NCBI GenBank assembly: GCA_964247055.1
Contig: OZ176058.1
Span: forward strand, 5,006,490-5,070,489
DNA length: 64,000 nt
Reading direction: 5' to 3'
Source of the DNA: Paragordius varius
Lineage: Eukaryota > Animalia > Nematomorpha
Positions 50,891 through 64,000 of the stretch are shown here, one piece after another. Within the stretch, counting starts at the first letter, position 1; each line of letters begins with the position of its first letter. The notes under the pieces were generated by a model. It was not told where the DNA came from, did no database searches, and worked only from the letters and a program-made list of their open reading frames with translations. The translations under genes were made by a program, and so were the position numbers.

Positions 50891-53800
50891 ATTTTAATTA
50901 TTTTCATTACATTAATATTTTTGAGCGCTTGCATAAATCCAACCGTTAAGCCATGTAATGCATAATTTCGTTTAAACTGAAATTCTTTAAGAGACATATA
51001 TCCGACCAATTTTTAGAATGTGTTTTATGTTGACAATTTGTTTCATAACAATATTTGACCGGAAAAACAGAAATTGGACATGCATAATATATTTTTATAT
51101 GTTAAAAGTCAATGAAGGATGAAAATGGCATTTTAACGTCGCAGCTTTTAACAAAATGGGCGCCTTCGGCTAAATTTAAAATCATTAAATACTCCAACTT
51201 AAAAACGCTTCCTTAATGTTTTATGATTAATTTAATTTATTTTTGAAGCGTTTTAACAGAAACTAATAATGCTAAAAATATACAATAAATATTAATAAAA
51301 ACAAAACTATTAATGAACTTGTTTAAGTTTAATAGTGATTATTGCAATACAAAACATGTAAATTGGTAAAGTGATCATAATAAAAATCAAAAAAGCCTAT
51401 TTTTCGTGATTTTCGAATATATGGCAACAAACTTCAAACTTTAGAGAAAATTTATAAAGTTACTAGAAAAACAATAATGATAATCTAAATCACGGTGTCA
51501 ACACAATTCTCGGGCGCATACTTATGAGAATTAATATAAAACAGATGATCCTCTAATAAAGCAGCTCTCTACATCGGATAAATTTGATAATTTTTTTTAA
51601 TCAGCAATAGATAACATAAATCAGGGTGTCATTCGTGGGTTATATTAATTTATATAATTATTAATAAATATTTATCAAATTCTTAAGACTGTATTGCCAA
51701 CACAATAAATTTTTTCTAATTTATTGCCCTAAAAAATTTGACTGAGAACTATTATTTCTTACACAACTTGTGAAAATATTAATGCAAGATATGGATTTGC
51801 AAATATTAAGTGGTCGCATATAACGACTCAGCGGACTTCATGTAGCACCTTGGACACCATTTAAGATTTACATATGATCCAAATGTTTAGATTTAATATT
51901 TATTAACTAGAATAAATAACAGAGTAAAATGTATTTAACAATTGCTGTTATAATTGATACAAAATAAATTTTTGATTCCCTAACTTTTTTGATTTTACAT
52001 TCTTCTACTTTATTCGAAAATAACCGATTACTATCCGCATAATTAAAATACCGGTAACCATAATTTATAAATAGAAATTTTTAAAATCCACGATTTTTAT
52101 GGATTTGAAGTTTAATCAAAAAAATTCCAAATGGTTATAGTTGTATATATTTCTAAAATTGTAATTAAACCATTCATCATATTATTAACGCTTACTATAT
52201 TTCTCTAAAAGCTAAAATTTTTCATATTTATTAGTCTTCTAATGTAAATCTCAGTGAAATTGAAATTATACGGACAAAATTTAAAATATAAAGATAAATA
52301 TTTTTTCATATGACAACCATAATTTTAAATAATTATTTAAAATATCATTGTTTTAAACGGTAAAGTATGAAATAAAGATGTAAATTGGTAAAACAATAAA
52401 TTTATTTTACAATTGAAATAAATAATTTTTATAAAATAATTAAGGTTTTTAAAAAGTATTATTGTGTTTTGAAGAAAAACTGTTTTGGAAATTTTTACGA
52501 TTTGTCCGTATGTTTTCAATTTTAACTGTAAGTTACGACCAGCTTTTATTACAACGATTAAATGGCATTGTCATTATTTAAAAATTTAAATACTGTATGA
52601 AACATTAAACCATTTTTATCCACTTCATTATGCGCACAAGAGTAGGTGGCATTTTTACAAACTTGCTTTATAGGTAAATAGGGGTCTCATCCATATCTTA
52701 AATGAGTAGTCGCAAAAATGACAGTCTATAATTTCATATATATTTTTAGAATATTTCGAATTAATCTAATCATAGAATTTTCTCTCATATCTCTTGTGTT
52801 AAATCAATATTATAATTTTAAATTTGCTAATTGTTTAAATTATGATTTTTTAGTTTTACGCATGACTGGGGTAAGACTTGAAAGCCATTTGCAAGGTAAT
52901 GAAACAATTTAAACTTTATACAGCTTTAGGTGAATCAAGTATACATGTATTGATAATCAATAAAATTAGATTTCATACAAAGTAATTATATTAATGAACA
53001 TACAACAACTATTATAAAGCTTAAAATACAAGTTTTTGAAAAACACCCATATTGTATACCTTGATTTTTTTAATACATTTAGAATAACAAATATATGCAA
53101 TTGAGTTTGTTACCAATTAATACATTATTTTTTTTGGATCCCAAAACGAGTTATTTTAATACAAGGTTTATAATATGGTTGTCTTTTCAAAAATGTTTCC
53201 TATATTTATGTTTTGTCGTTGTATTTTACCTTATTCATCAAAAATAATTGCATGGCAGTTTTAAGAGATCAAATAACAAGTAATATATAATATTATTTAA
53301 TCATTGTGCCAAATTTCGGGGCAATGAATTTATATAAAATAAATCAAAAATTTGGATAATATCTTGTAAAACGATTTTTTTGCATACTTTATAAAATAAT
53401 TGATAGGAATTATTTATGAGATTGTTATCTACTCACATTCAATTATCCTATATTTGTCCGAAACTAATGCTTGCAATAAATTAGGGAAATTTTTAAGTTT
53501 AAAACGTTAAATCGGCCCAACCAGTCTGAAATCGCTGATTTCTAAAAATTATGGAATCAGATGTATGATGCTATAAATAGGATTCACTTTGTTTTAATTA
53601 GAAACAAAATTTTGAACACAAAAATCGTAAAGTCCTTTACGGAAATAATTTTATAATATAATCTGTCGGGATGTAAATTTTACGGCATAAAGTATTATAG
53701 AGAAGTCAATTAGCAGTCATAAGTCAATCAAAAAGATAAATTAGGTGTCAAAAAGAGGCGCTTAACAGGTACAGCGTTTAGAGCATAAATGATGGTTGCA

Positions 53801-56699
53801 AATTAGAAGAAGTTTTAAAGAATAAACAAGTTTTGTGGTATAAAAAGCGGAAAATCACAATATATAAAACCATGGGAAAATGATACCACAATAAAATACG
53901 TTTTAAAGAAGAGATGATTAAAAATAGGGAGACTTATAAAGAAAATAAGTAAGCTAGGTAAACTAGTTAATTTAATAAGACGGAAAATGCTACAAATAAT
54001 GACGGGATATAGCGAAAATTGAAATTTTCCAGAAAAAAATAACTAGTTTATGGAATCAATTTTATAAACTTTGATATTCTTAATACAACCCGTCCTTTGG
54101 TTGGAAAAATTGCAAAGTTAATTATATATTTTTAGTTATTATCTGGTTTTCTAGAAAAGAAGGGTTTTCTAAATCATGGTTTTATCTATTGATTGTCTTT
54201 TTTTACTGTAACTACAAGGATCTTTAATTAATTACTATGAAGTTGTTTGTACTATCTGGAAAAGAAATGGGTTTATAGCAGTTAGATATCAAAGGTTTAG
54301 ATAGATCTTTCACAGAGTCTATTCATTGTTCTGTAAAAAGAATGAGTTTATGGACAATTTTTTTTTGTAGTAATCCTTGTATAACAGGCACCAAAGTAAT
54401 TAAAGGCAAAGCTTTAAGCCTATTATTGTTTTATATTAAATGTTTTTAAGTAGATATATGAAAAAGTAAAATATGTATGATGTTGATCTTATTCTTTAAT
54501 ATTTATATTTTTTAATCGAAAAACATCTGGCTTAAAATGTTGCCTTGAATGTTATTCACCATAAGGGTAAATGCCCTTGGGTATAGAAGACAGAATTGTA
54601 TAATGATTTTTAAATAATTGGAATCCCTGATAGTATATTAACAAACGATAAATGATATAATAAAGTGTGTTGGTAAAACTTATAACCAGAACTATGTTTC
54701 ATGTTATAGTTGAGCCGATTATGTGCGTTAATTATAAACCTTTTCGATTAAAAATAAACAATATACTTTCAAGTAGCGACGACGAGAAAGGCTGTTGAAT
54801 AACTAGGAATAACCTGGGAAAATATGAGAGATGATAAAATTTAGGATGCATAATATAGTAATAGCGAAGGTATTAAAAAGGAAGAGGAGTTGATTATATT
54901 TATTTTCTTAAAATTTTTTGTTATGCCAGGTGCTGAATTTTGGGGCCTTGATTCACACACTGATATTTTAAATGATTATTTTTTTAATTAGATTTACGGC
55001 AACTTCTAGAAGGTATTTATATGTAGTTAAATATAAAATATTACAAACAGGCGTTGAGGACGGTTTTCAAGGTATTTTCGCAATATAGCATATTTTAAAT
55101 TAATTAACATAAATTAAAAATTTGCAATAAAACATTTAAATTATTATCATAATTTGTGTTTTTTATATTAGTTCTTGAACAACGATTCAGTGGTACGTTT
55201 TTTTAGACAATGCGTAATGGAAATAACTGAATTTTTATGCTTTGTATAAAATTTTACCCTAGACAGTACATCCGCCACTCTAGGTAATTAAAATTAATCA
55301 TTATATTTTAGCCAACGATCAAAATATAGTGGGTAAGATAATATTTGTATAATAATTTTTCATTATACCATGGCAGAAATATCCGAAGACATTAATGGTA
55401 TAATTTAAATTCTAGTTCCACATAATTAATAAATATATTGATGTTATTTTTTATAATAATAGACGCAACAAACGCTGAAGAATGTAAGATTATCGAAAAT
55501 TTATTTTATGTTAATTTTGAACTTATTTTTTTACATTATTTTCGTATCCATAACCTGGTATACAACTCTGCCGGTGTCATCAGCATTAACCTTTGTGTGA
55601 TTTATCTCTTTGATGAAGTCATCTCCTTATTGGTCTTCTTGTCATTTTGGCAAAAGAGTGAGAATCTCTCTTTTCGACCAAAACTAACAGTCTAATCTCT
55701 ATTCTATCGATTTAACATCCGTTGAATATCTATCCTTTACTTTCCTTTTCGTTCAACTAATTTTTGTAAAAATGACGCCGATTAAATGCCTATGTCTATG
55801 ACTTGATTATTTTGTCTCTCATTAAATAAATAATTTTATCGCATAAAACACTAAAGTTTTAAAATTTAACCAAATTTATTTAATATCTCTATTTACATCG
55901 GAACTTTGATGTTTGCAGATTTTTACTTTAAAAAATCTGCTGCCTTTTATGTACTAATTATTATAGATAATATTCATGTATTATTCTTCATTGACCTCGC
56001 CGTTCCACTTTGATAACCCATTTGTTAAAGTTGGTACTTAAGCTAGTGTTATAATTAAATCCCAACTAACCTTTGATCAGTTTTCGCTATCAACTAATGC
56101 TTCGTTCAAAATTAAAAAATAGTTCGTATCTTAGTTTTATTCGATTCAATAATAATTAATAAAATAATTACTGTACTAAATGTAAATTGGCAAAAAATTT
56201 AAGACTTATTTCTATATAAAATGTAACATAACCCTGATATTTTTTTGGGCTGGTAAGTTATCTTGCCAAACACAGTATTAACAGAAACTAAATTTTTGAC
56301 TGCAAATTTATACAATTTTATTATACATATATATATTTGAAGACATGGAGGCTATTGGTAATTTTAAATCAGCATAATGACATCTTTCACAACGATTTTA
56401 AATTAATAAAGTTTTATAACTTTTTGCTTTTCAATCGGTTTTTTTCGAATATACCATCATATTTTATTTTTTTCGAAAATGATTTAATATATACGTTTTT
56501 AACTGACAATTTTTTTTATGAAATAATTAAAATATAATTTAATTTTGCTTTCTAAATTCTTCCAAATTGAGGTATTTAATTAAATTTTCATATTAGATGA
56601 AGACAATAGAGAAATATGACTTGGTAAAAGACGATGAAGAAAACAACATTAATTTTTTAACATTTAAGATTTTATATTGTGTATATAGATTATATAAAA

Positions 56700-57800
56700 T
56701 GGTGTCAATAAATATTAAATATATTCATTTTTTAGTGCCTTTTATGGTTAAAAATTGAAATACAAAAATATATAAATCGTTTATAGTCCATTATTTTGGT
56801 ACGACTTGAGTTGTATTGAAAAGCTCTTTCTAGATTATAAAAGGTTTGAACTCGAGTACACTAAATATGTGTAGAAGCTGTTCGACTAGCGACTCTTAGC
56901 CTTCTTGAAGATTAGCGAGTGTGAATTATTGTTTTGAGTATGGAACCATCAAGCCAAGAATAATGTTCTTTTGGAGCGATTCAGTTCAGTGAGATGAAGA
57001 TATTTCATAGCCTCTAGATTATCAATTCGTAAAGCAAGAATTGATTTGATAAAGTTACAAATAAATGAATCAAAGATGTGGCCCAAGATCCTCTATAAGA
57101 ACCGCGTTTAAAATGGGTCGGTCTTTATCAATGGATTCAAATATGCTTAATTCCTGATAATATCAACGGGTTACCGTTGCCGAATCCGAGCTGCGGTCAA
57201 AAAAACAGCATAAATATAATATAACTGTAGTCTGATAAAATTTGTTCGCTTATGTGTTTATTTTGGATACTTATGTCAGCAAGCAATTGAAACAGAACCA
57301 TGTCGTACGCGTACCGGAGATTAGTAACAAGAAGACATCCGATATTCACTTTTATGTTGCCAAAAATCACAGGTAGGAGTTGAGTTTTTTTTCAGTATAC
57401 AGGTTGAGAAAATGTGCTTAAAGAACACATCCTTGTGTCACACCTTTGTGATCGGGACGGCCGTATTATGTTTTGGTAGCAGCTGTTTGTTAGCATACAG
57501 CGATTGTGGCCAATGTATTATGTGAGTGAAAACTGCTTTCCATCGAAATAATCTTATCTTTGAATAAAAGTTAAGATTCATTAAAGGATACGTAGTGTTT
57601 ACTTTGTAAACCCAGATTGTACGCCGGGTATTTATTATCTAGCTATTTTGGGTTTTTAATCTTAAAGAGATATTTGGGCAGTTTTTTGAATAGCAATCAT
57701 ACGAACAGGGTAAAAATTTCATTTTTTGAAGGGATGAATCAACGATTAAGATCAGTCGTTGGGCCAATGCTCAAATTTTGCAGGAGTTTAGTTAACTAAT
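56700..57800 (-). mobile_element. Heavily decayed non-LTR (RTE-like) reverse transcriptase remnant
   Basis: Minus-strand fragments QSGFTK (cf. QAGFRK) at about 57610 and KGVTQGCVL*AHFFNLYTE (cf. KGVRQGCVLSPxLFNLYTE) at about 57400-57450. Many stops; boundaries approximate. Confidence 0.6.
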
Positions 57801-58595
57801 CTAGCAATGAATGGAAAAAGGTCATTGGAATTCCATTGTATCCTTACACATCGGAGGAATAGAAGTGATGTAAGGTGGGTTAAAATCGTTCGTTTAAATT
57901 AGATAATAGAGTTGGAAGCTTCAGATATGGGCCAATATTAAATGACAAATATGGCATCCAAAAAAACCGAAACCTCAATTTAATTTAATAATAGTTCAAT
58001 TGGTTTGAACGATTTACAAAAAAAATTCAGAGATATATGAATTCTGATATATAAAAATATGAGGTTTTCATAGTGTGATTTAGTTTTTACGAATAATTTA
58101 AATTAATATTTTTACTTTTGTTTTAATTGCTTGATACTATAAATCGAATATTTACATCATCTCATTGATTTATTGATACTCTTCGCTAACACGACTTGGC
58201 AGAAAGCAGAATCAGAATGCTTGTCAATAAAAGGACCTTTATGATTAACTTTTCTAATTTGCTTCGAATGCAAAAAAATATTAAAATTTTATTAATAGGC
58301 GCCCGCTCATTAGAAAATTGAGCTATAAAAAACATTTTAAGTCGAAGATAATTGGGCAAATGGATATATTAAGGTCTTAGATAACCAATTTAATCAAATA
58401 GGTATCAATTATCAACTTCCCTCTATTTTAGTTTTATCTTCTATAAATTAATTCAAAAATATTAATTTTAAGTTGGAATGGGTTAATATTCCAAATTTAA
58501 AAAAAGTATCTATTGCCAAAAATTATATTGGGAAAAATATATGGCAAACGGAAAACTCATATATATGTTGAATAATATACATATTTATGTATAAA

Positions 58596-59130
58596 CTAGC
58601 TGGCCCTGTCACGCTTCACTGTGACGCGGTAACATTGTAAGTCATCCTTTTTTTCAATAAATAGCGGAAACGGAAATATAAATAAAACTTAACCATATTT
58701 CAACCAAAATAATCGGGCTCAAGTATTGTAACTCAACACATTATCCATATAAAAGTTTCCTTATTAATTGACTGCCATTTAATTTATTTTGAAATTTTTG
58801 TTTTAAAAAATATTGGTCAATTCAAAGGGATATAAAAATGAAATTATTAACGATCTCATTTATAAATCAAAGATGATAAAAGCTTTTTAGTGATTTAATG
58901 TTAAAATTTTACAAACCTCAGGTTGAGTTTCATAAAATATCTTTGTTTAGTGGCATTTTAAATGAAAAGCGTTCACCTATAAGTTTTCCCTAAATAGAGA
59001 TTTGTAACAAATTATGATCAAATAGATATCCTGAAAAGGGTGTGGCAGTACTCCTTTCCGCCACTGTCCACACAGACGACCCTTACCGCCTTCCAACGCT
59101 ATTACACGCCTCAAAGCAAGGGGACTTTAT
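58596..59130 (-). mobile_element. Helitron-like 3' terminus
   Basis: The minus strand ends with the hairpin GTCAC-AGTGAAGC-GTGAC followed 8 nt later by CTAG|T (58596-58599), the canonical Helitron 3' signature. The 5' end was not identified. Confidence 0.55.
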
Positions 59131-59960
59131 ATTTTTTGAAAATAGCCTAAATGCTGCCAATTACAGCAAACAGTTTTAAGCGGAATATATAACTTGAATA
59201 ATGACTATTAAATATTATTATCTTAAAATGGAATCATTAGAGGACATGTAAATTTTTGGAATTCAAATATATAATTAATGCAATTATATTAAGCTTTTGC
59301 CATCTCTTACATGCTTATGTTAGCCGTTCAAATGCTTAGTCTGCTTGCCGAGATTAGCCAATCCCTGTTTACAATAGTTTATTTTTCTGCTAGAATACAA
59401 CTCTCATTATAGTCAGATCAATGTTAATTTTGATCGTACAAATCAGGCATATCATTGTCTTTAATTCCGTTGTTGAATATCTATTAAATTGGCTTAATAT
59501 TATATACTACGTGTATATAGTTCTATTATAAAAATATTTTTTTTTCAAAATACAATGATACTTTATACAACCATGATTTATTATATAAAAATTGTTTAAT
59601 TTCAATTGTAAAATAAATGTATGATTTACCAATTCCATCTGTATTTCATACTTTCAAGTTCAAAACAATGAGTTTTATTATAAAAAATTAGAATTTTAAA
59701 AGTATATCTCTTAGAAAAAAATATATTCTATATATTTTTACATTTTGTCCGTATAAATTAAATTTTTAATGTATTTGCCTTTATCAATTAAAATTTTTAC
59801 TTTCATTTTAAGTGTAGGAATTATGGATACAAGATAAGGATCTTATCTATTTCAACTTTAAGGTCGGCGCTGTTTAGTTTATTCCTAATATCATTAATGT
59901 AAAAAAGGATGGATTAAATTTTGAAAAAGTATGGATAAATTATCATTTAAACCTAAAAGG

Positions 59961-62662
59961 TTAAGGGTTAGGGTTAGGGTTAGGGTTAGGGTTAGGGTTA
60001 GGGTTAGGGTTAGGGTTAGGGTTAGGGTTAGGGTTAGGGTTAGGGTTAGGGTTAGGGTTAGGGTTAGGGTTAGGGTTAGGGTTAGGGTTAGGGTTAGGGT
60101 TAGGGTTAGGGTTAGGGTTAGGGTTAGGGTTAGGGTTAGGGTTAGGGTTAGGGTTAGGGTTAGGGTTAGGGTTAGGGTTAGGGTTAGGGTTAGGGTTAGG
60201 GTTAGGGTTAGGGTTAGGGTTAGGGTTAGGGTTAGGGTTAGGGTTAGGGTTAGGGTTAGGGTTAGGGTTAGGGTTAGGGTTAGGGTTAGGGTTAGGGTTA
60301 GGGTTAGGGTTAGGGTTAGGGTTAGGGTTAGGGTTAGGGTTAGGGTTAGGGTTAGGGTTAGGGTTAGGGTTAGGGTTAGGGTTAGGGTTAGGGTTAGGGT
60401 TAGGGTTAGGGTTAGGGTTAGGGTTAGGGTTAGGGTTAGGGTTAGGGTTAGGGTTAGGGTTAGGGTTAGGGTTAGGGTTAGGGTTAGGGTTAGGGTTAGG
60501 GTTAGGGTTAGGGTTAGGGTTAGGGTTAGGGTTAGGGTTAGGGTTAGGGTTAGGGTTAGGGTTAGGGTTAGGGTTAGGGTTAGGGTTAGGGTTAGGGTTA
60601 GGGTTAGGGTTAGGGTTAGGGTTAGGGTTAGGGTTAGGGTTAGGGTTAGGGTTAGGGTTAGGGTTAGGGTTAGGGTTAGGGTTAGGGTTAGGGTTAGGGT
60701 TAGGGTTAGGGTTAGGGTTAGGGTTAGGGTTAGGGTTAGGGTTAGGGTTAGGGTTAGGGTTAGGGTTAGGGTTAGGGTTAGGGTTAGGGTTAGGGTTAGG
60801 GTTAGGGTTAGGGTTAGGGTTAGGGTTAGGGTTAGGGTTAGGGTTAGGGTTAGGGTTAGGGTTAGGGTTAGGGTTAGGGTTAGGGTTAGGGTTAGGGTTA
60901 GGGTTAGGGTTAGGGTTAGGGTTAGGGTTAGGGTTAGGGTTAGGGTTAGGGTTAGGGTTAGGGTTAGGGTTAGGGTTAGGGTTAGGGTTAGGGTTAGGGT
61001 TAGGGTTAGGGTTAGGGTTAGGGTTAGGGTTAGGGTTAGGGTTAGGGTTAGGGTTAGGGTTAGGGTTAGGGTTAGGGTTAGGGTTAGGGTTAGGGTTAGG
61101 GTTAGGGTTAGGGTTAGGGTTAGGGTTAGGGTTAGGGTTAGGGTTAGGGTTAGGGTTAGGGTTAGGGTTAGGGTTAGGGTTAGGGTTAGGGTTAGGGTTA
61201 GGGTTAGGGTTAGGGTTAGGGTTAGGGTTAGGGTTAGGGTTAGGGTTAGGGTTAGGGTTAGGGTTAGGGTTAGGGTTAGGGTTAGGGTTAGGGTTAGGGT
61301 TAGGGTTAGGGTTAGGGTTAGGGTTAGGGTTAGGGTTAGGGTTAGGGTTAGGGTTAGGGTTAGGGTTAGGGTTAGGGTTAGGGTTAGGGTTAGGGTTAGG
61401 GTTAGGGTTAGGGTTAGGGTTAGGGTTAGGGTTAGGGTTAGGGTTAGGGTTAGGGTTAGGGTTAGGGTTAGGGTTAGGGTTAGGGTTAGGGTTAGGGTTA
61501 GGGTTAGGGTTAGGGTTAGGGTTAGGGTTAGGGTTAGGGTTAGGGTTAGGGTTAGGGTTAGGGTTAGGGTTAGGGTTAGGGTTAGGGTTAGGGTTAGGGT
61601 TAGGGTTAGGGTTAGGGTTAGGGTTAGGGTTAGGGTTAGGGTTAGGGTTAGGGTTAGGGTTAGGGTTAGGGTTAGGGTTAGGGTTAGGGTTAGGGTTAGG
61701 GTTAGGGTTAGGGTTAGGGTTAGGGTTAGGGTTAGGGTTAGGGTTAGGGTTAGGGTTAGGGTTAGGGTTAGGGTTAGGGTTAGGGTTAGGGTTAGGGTTA
61801 GGGTTAGGGTTAGGGTTAGGGTTAGGGTTAGGGTTAGGGTTAGGGTTAGGGTTAGGGTTAGGGTTAGGGTTAGGGTTAGGGTTAGGGTTAGGGTTAGGGT
61901 TAGGGTTAGGGTTAGGGTTAGGGTTAGGGTTAGGGTTAGGGTTAGGGTTAGGGTTAGGGTTAGGGTTAGGGTTAGGGTTAGGGTTAGGGTTAGGGTTAGG
62001 GTTAGGGTTAGGGTTAGGGTTAGGGTTAGGGTTAGGGTTAGGGTTAGGGTTAGGGTTAGGGTTAGGGTTAGGGTTAGGGTTAGGGTTAGGGTTAGGGTTA
62101 GGGTTAGGGTTAGGGTTAGGGTTAGGGTTAGGGTTAGGGTTAGGGTTAGGGTTAGGGTTAGGGTTAGGGTTAGGGTTAGGGTTAGGGTTAGGGTTAGGGT
62201 TAGGGTTAGGGTTAGGGTTAGGGTTAGGGTTAGGGTTAGGGTTAGGGTTAGGGTTAGGGTTAGGGTTAGGGTTAGGGTTAGGGTTAGGGTTAGGGTTAGG
62301 GTTAGGGTTAGGGTTAGGGTTAGGGTTAGGGTTAGGGTTAGGGTTAGGGTTAGGGTTAGGGTTAGGGTTAGGGTTAGGGTTAGGGTTAGGGTTAGGGTTA
62401 GGGTTAGGGTTAGGTGTTAGGGTTAGGGTTAGGGTTAGGGTTAGGGTTAGGGTTAGGGTAGGTTAGGGTTAGGGTTAGGGTTAGGGTTAGGGTTAGGGTT
62501 AGGGTTAGGGTTAGGGTTAGGGTTAGGGTTAGGGTTAGGGTTAGGGTTAGGGTTAGGGTTAGGGTTAGGGTTAGGGTTAGGTGGTTAGGGTTAGGGTTAG
62601 GGTTAGGGTTAGGGTTAGGGTTAGGGTGAGGGTTAGGGTTAGGGTTAGGGTTAGGGTTAGGG

Positions 62663-62703
<41 letters not shown>

Positions 62704-64000
62704 GGTTAGGGTTAGGGTTAGGGTTAGGGTTAGGGTTAGGGTTAGGGTTAGGGTTAGGGTTAGGGTTAGGGTTAGGGTTAGGGTTAGGGTTAGGGTTAGG
62801 GTTAGGGTTAGGGTTAGGGTTAGGGTTAGGGTTAGGGTTAGGGTTAGGGTTAGGGTTAGGGTTAGGGTTAGGGTTAGGGTTAGGGTTAGGGTTAGGGTTA
62901 GGGTTAGGGTTAGGGTTAGGGTTAGGGTTAGGGTTAGGGTTAGGGTTAGGGTTAGGGTTAGGGTTAGGGTTAGGGTTAGGGTTAGGGTTAGGGTTAGGGT
63001 TAGGGTTAGGGTTAGGGTTAGGGTTAGGGTTAGGGTTAGGGTTAGGGTTAGGGTTAGGGTTAGGGTTAGGGTTAGGGTTAGTAGGGTTAGGGTTAGGGTT
63101 AGGGTTAGGGTTAGGGTTAGGGTTAGGGTTAGGGTTAAGGGGTTAGGGTTAGGGTTAGGGTTAGGGTTAGGGTTAGGGTTAGGGTTAGGGTTAGGGTTAG
63201 GGTTAGGGTTAGGGTTAGGGTTAGGGTTAGGGTTAGGGTTAGGGTTAGGGTTAGGGTTAGGGTTAGGGTTAGGGTTAGGGTTAGGGTTAGGGTTAGGGTT
63301 AGGGTTAGGGTTAGGGTTAGGGTTAGGGGTAGGGTTAGGGTTAGGGTTAGGGTTAGGGTTAGGTTAGGGTTAGGGTTAGGGTTAGGGTTAGGGTTAGGGT
63401 TAGGGTTAGGGTTAGGGTTAGGGTTAGGGTTAGGGTTAGGGTTAGGGTTAGGGTTAGGGTTAGGGTTAGGGTTAGGGTTAGGGTTAAGGTTAGGGTTAGG
63501 TTAGGGTTAAAGTTAAAGTTAAGGTTAAGGTTAAGGTTAAGGTTAGTTAAGGTTAGGTTAAGTTAGGGTTAAGGTTAAGGTTAAGGTTAGAGTTAGGTTA
63601 GGTTAGGTTAAGTTAAGTTAGGGTTAGGGTTAAGGTTAGGGTTAAGGTTAGGGTTAGGGTTAGGGTTAGGGTTAAGGTTAAGGTTAGGTTAGGGTTAGGG
63701 TTAGGTTAGGGTTAGGTTAGGGTTAGGGTTAAGGTTAGTTAAGGTTAAAGTTAAGTTAAGTTAAGTTAAAGTAAAGTTCAAGTTAAGTTAAGTTAAAGTT
63801 AAAGTAACGTTAGGTTAAGGTAGTTAGTTAGGTTAGGGTTAGGTTAGGTTAGGTTAAGGTTTTAAGTTAAAGTTAAAGTTAAGTTTAAAGTTAAAGTTAA
63901 AGTTAAGTAAGTTAAGTAAGTTGTAGGTAAAGTTAAGTTAAACGTTAAAGTTAAAGTTAAAGTTAAAGTTAAAGTTAAAGTGTAAAGTTAAAGTTAAGTT
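59961..64000 (+). repeat. Telomeric (TTAGGG)n array, G-strand toward the sequence end
   Basis: One TTAAGGG at 59961, then perfect TTAGGG from 59968 to about 62412, sporadic variants to about 63480, and increasingly degenerate TTAAGG/TTAGG/TTAAAG units to the end. Confidence 0.98.

Noticed and set aside
51300-52000. Possible decayed hAT transposase
   Set aside because: Only vague motif resemblance through many stops; not supportable without a profile search.
59931-62420. 829-aa ORF as a conventional protein-coding gene
   Set aside because: It is the telomeric TTAGGG array, which has no stop in this frame. It is kept only as a low-probability translation hypothesis.
63480-64000. Switch to TTAAGG/TTAAAG repeats as a second telomere motif or mutated telomerase template
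   Set aside because: Degeneracy increases toward the contig end, the opposite of the usual proximal-variant pattern, and G-to-A type miscalls of telomeric repeats are a known long-read basecalling/low-coverage artefact. Raw reads would be needed to overturn this.

Overview
Very AT-rich eukaryotic, most likely invertebrate animal, subtelomeric window ending in a (TTAGGG)n telomere (about 59,961-64,000). No prokaryotic features, rRNA, CRISPR array or intact tRNA were seen. Manual GT-AG reconstruction gives four spliced protein-coding genes that the ORF track misses. Three are members of an unrecognised secreted, Thr/Val/Gly-rich, Cys-containing small-protein family: A (+, 4095-7020), B (-, 16552-19454) and a distant, 5'-partial member C (-, 31503-35434). 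The fourth is a micro-exon gene D (+, 48229-50890) with seven symmetric phase-1 exons of 12-39 bp. A and B lie in the two arms of an approximately 28-kb degenerate inverted duplication whose axis is a dead Ty3/gypsy element. The rest is dense transposon debris: several TA-flanked MITE families, a non-autonomous hAT-like element with a perfect 8-bp TSD, mariner, RTE-like LINE and Helitron remnants, and a roughly 158-bp satellite. All gene models come from reading the sequence only; no transcript or database evidence was available, and identity figures are hand estimates.
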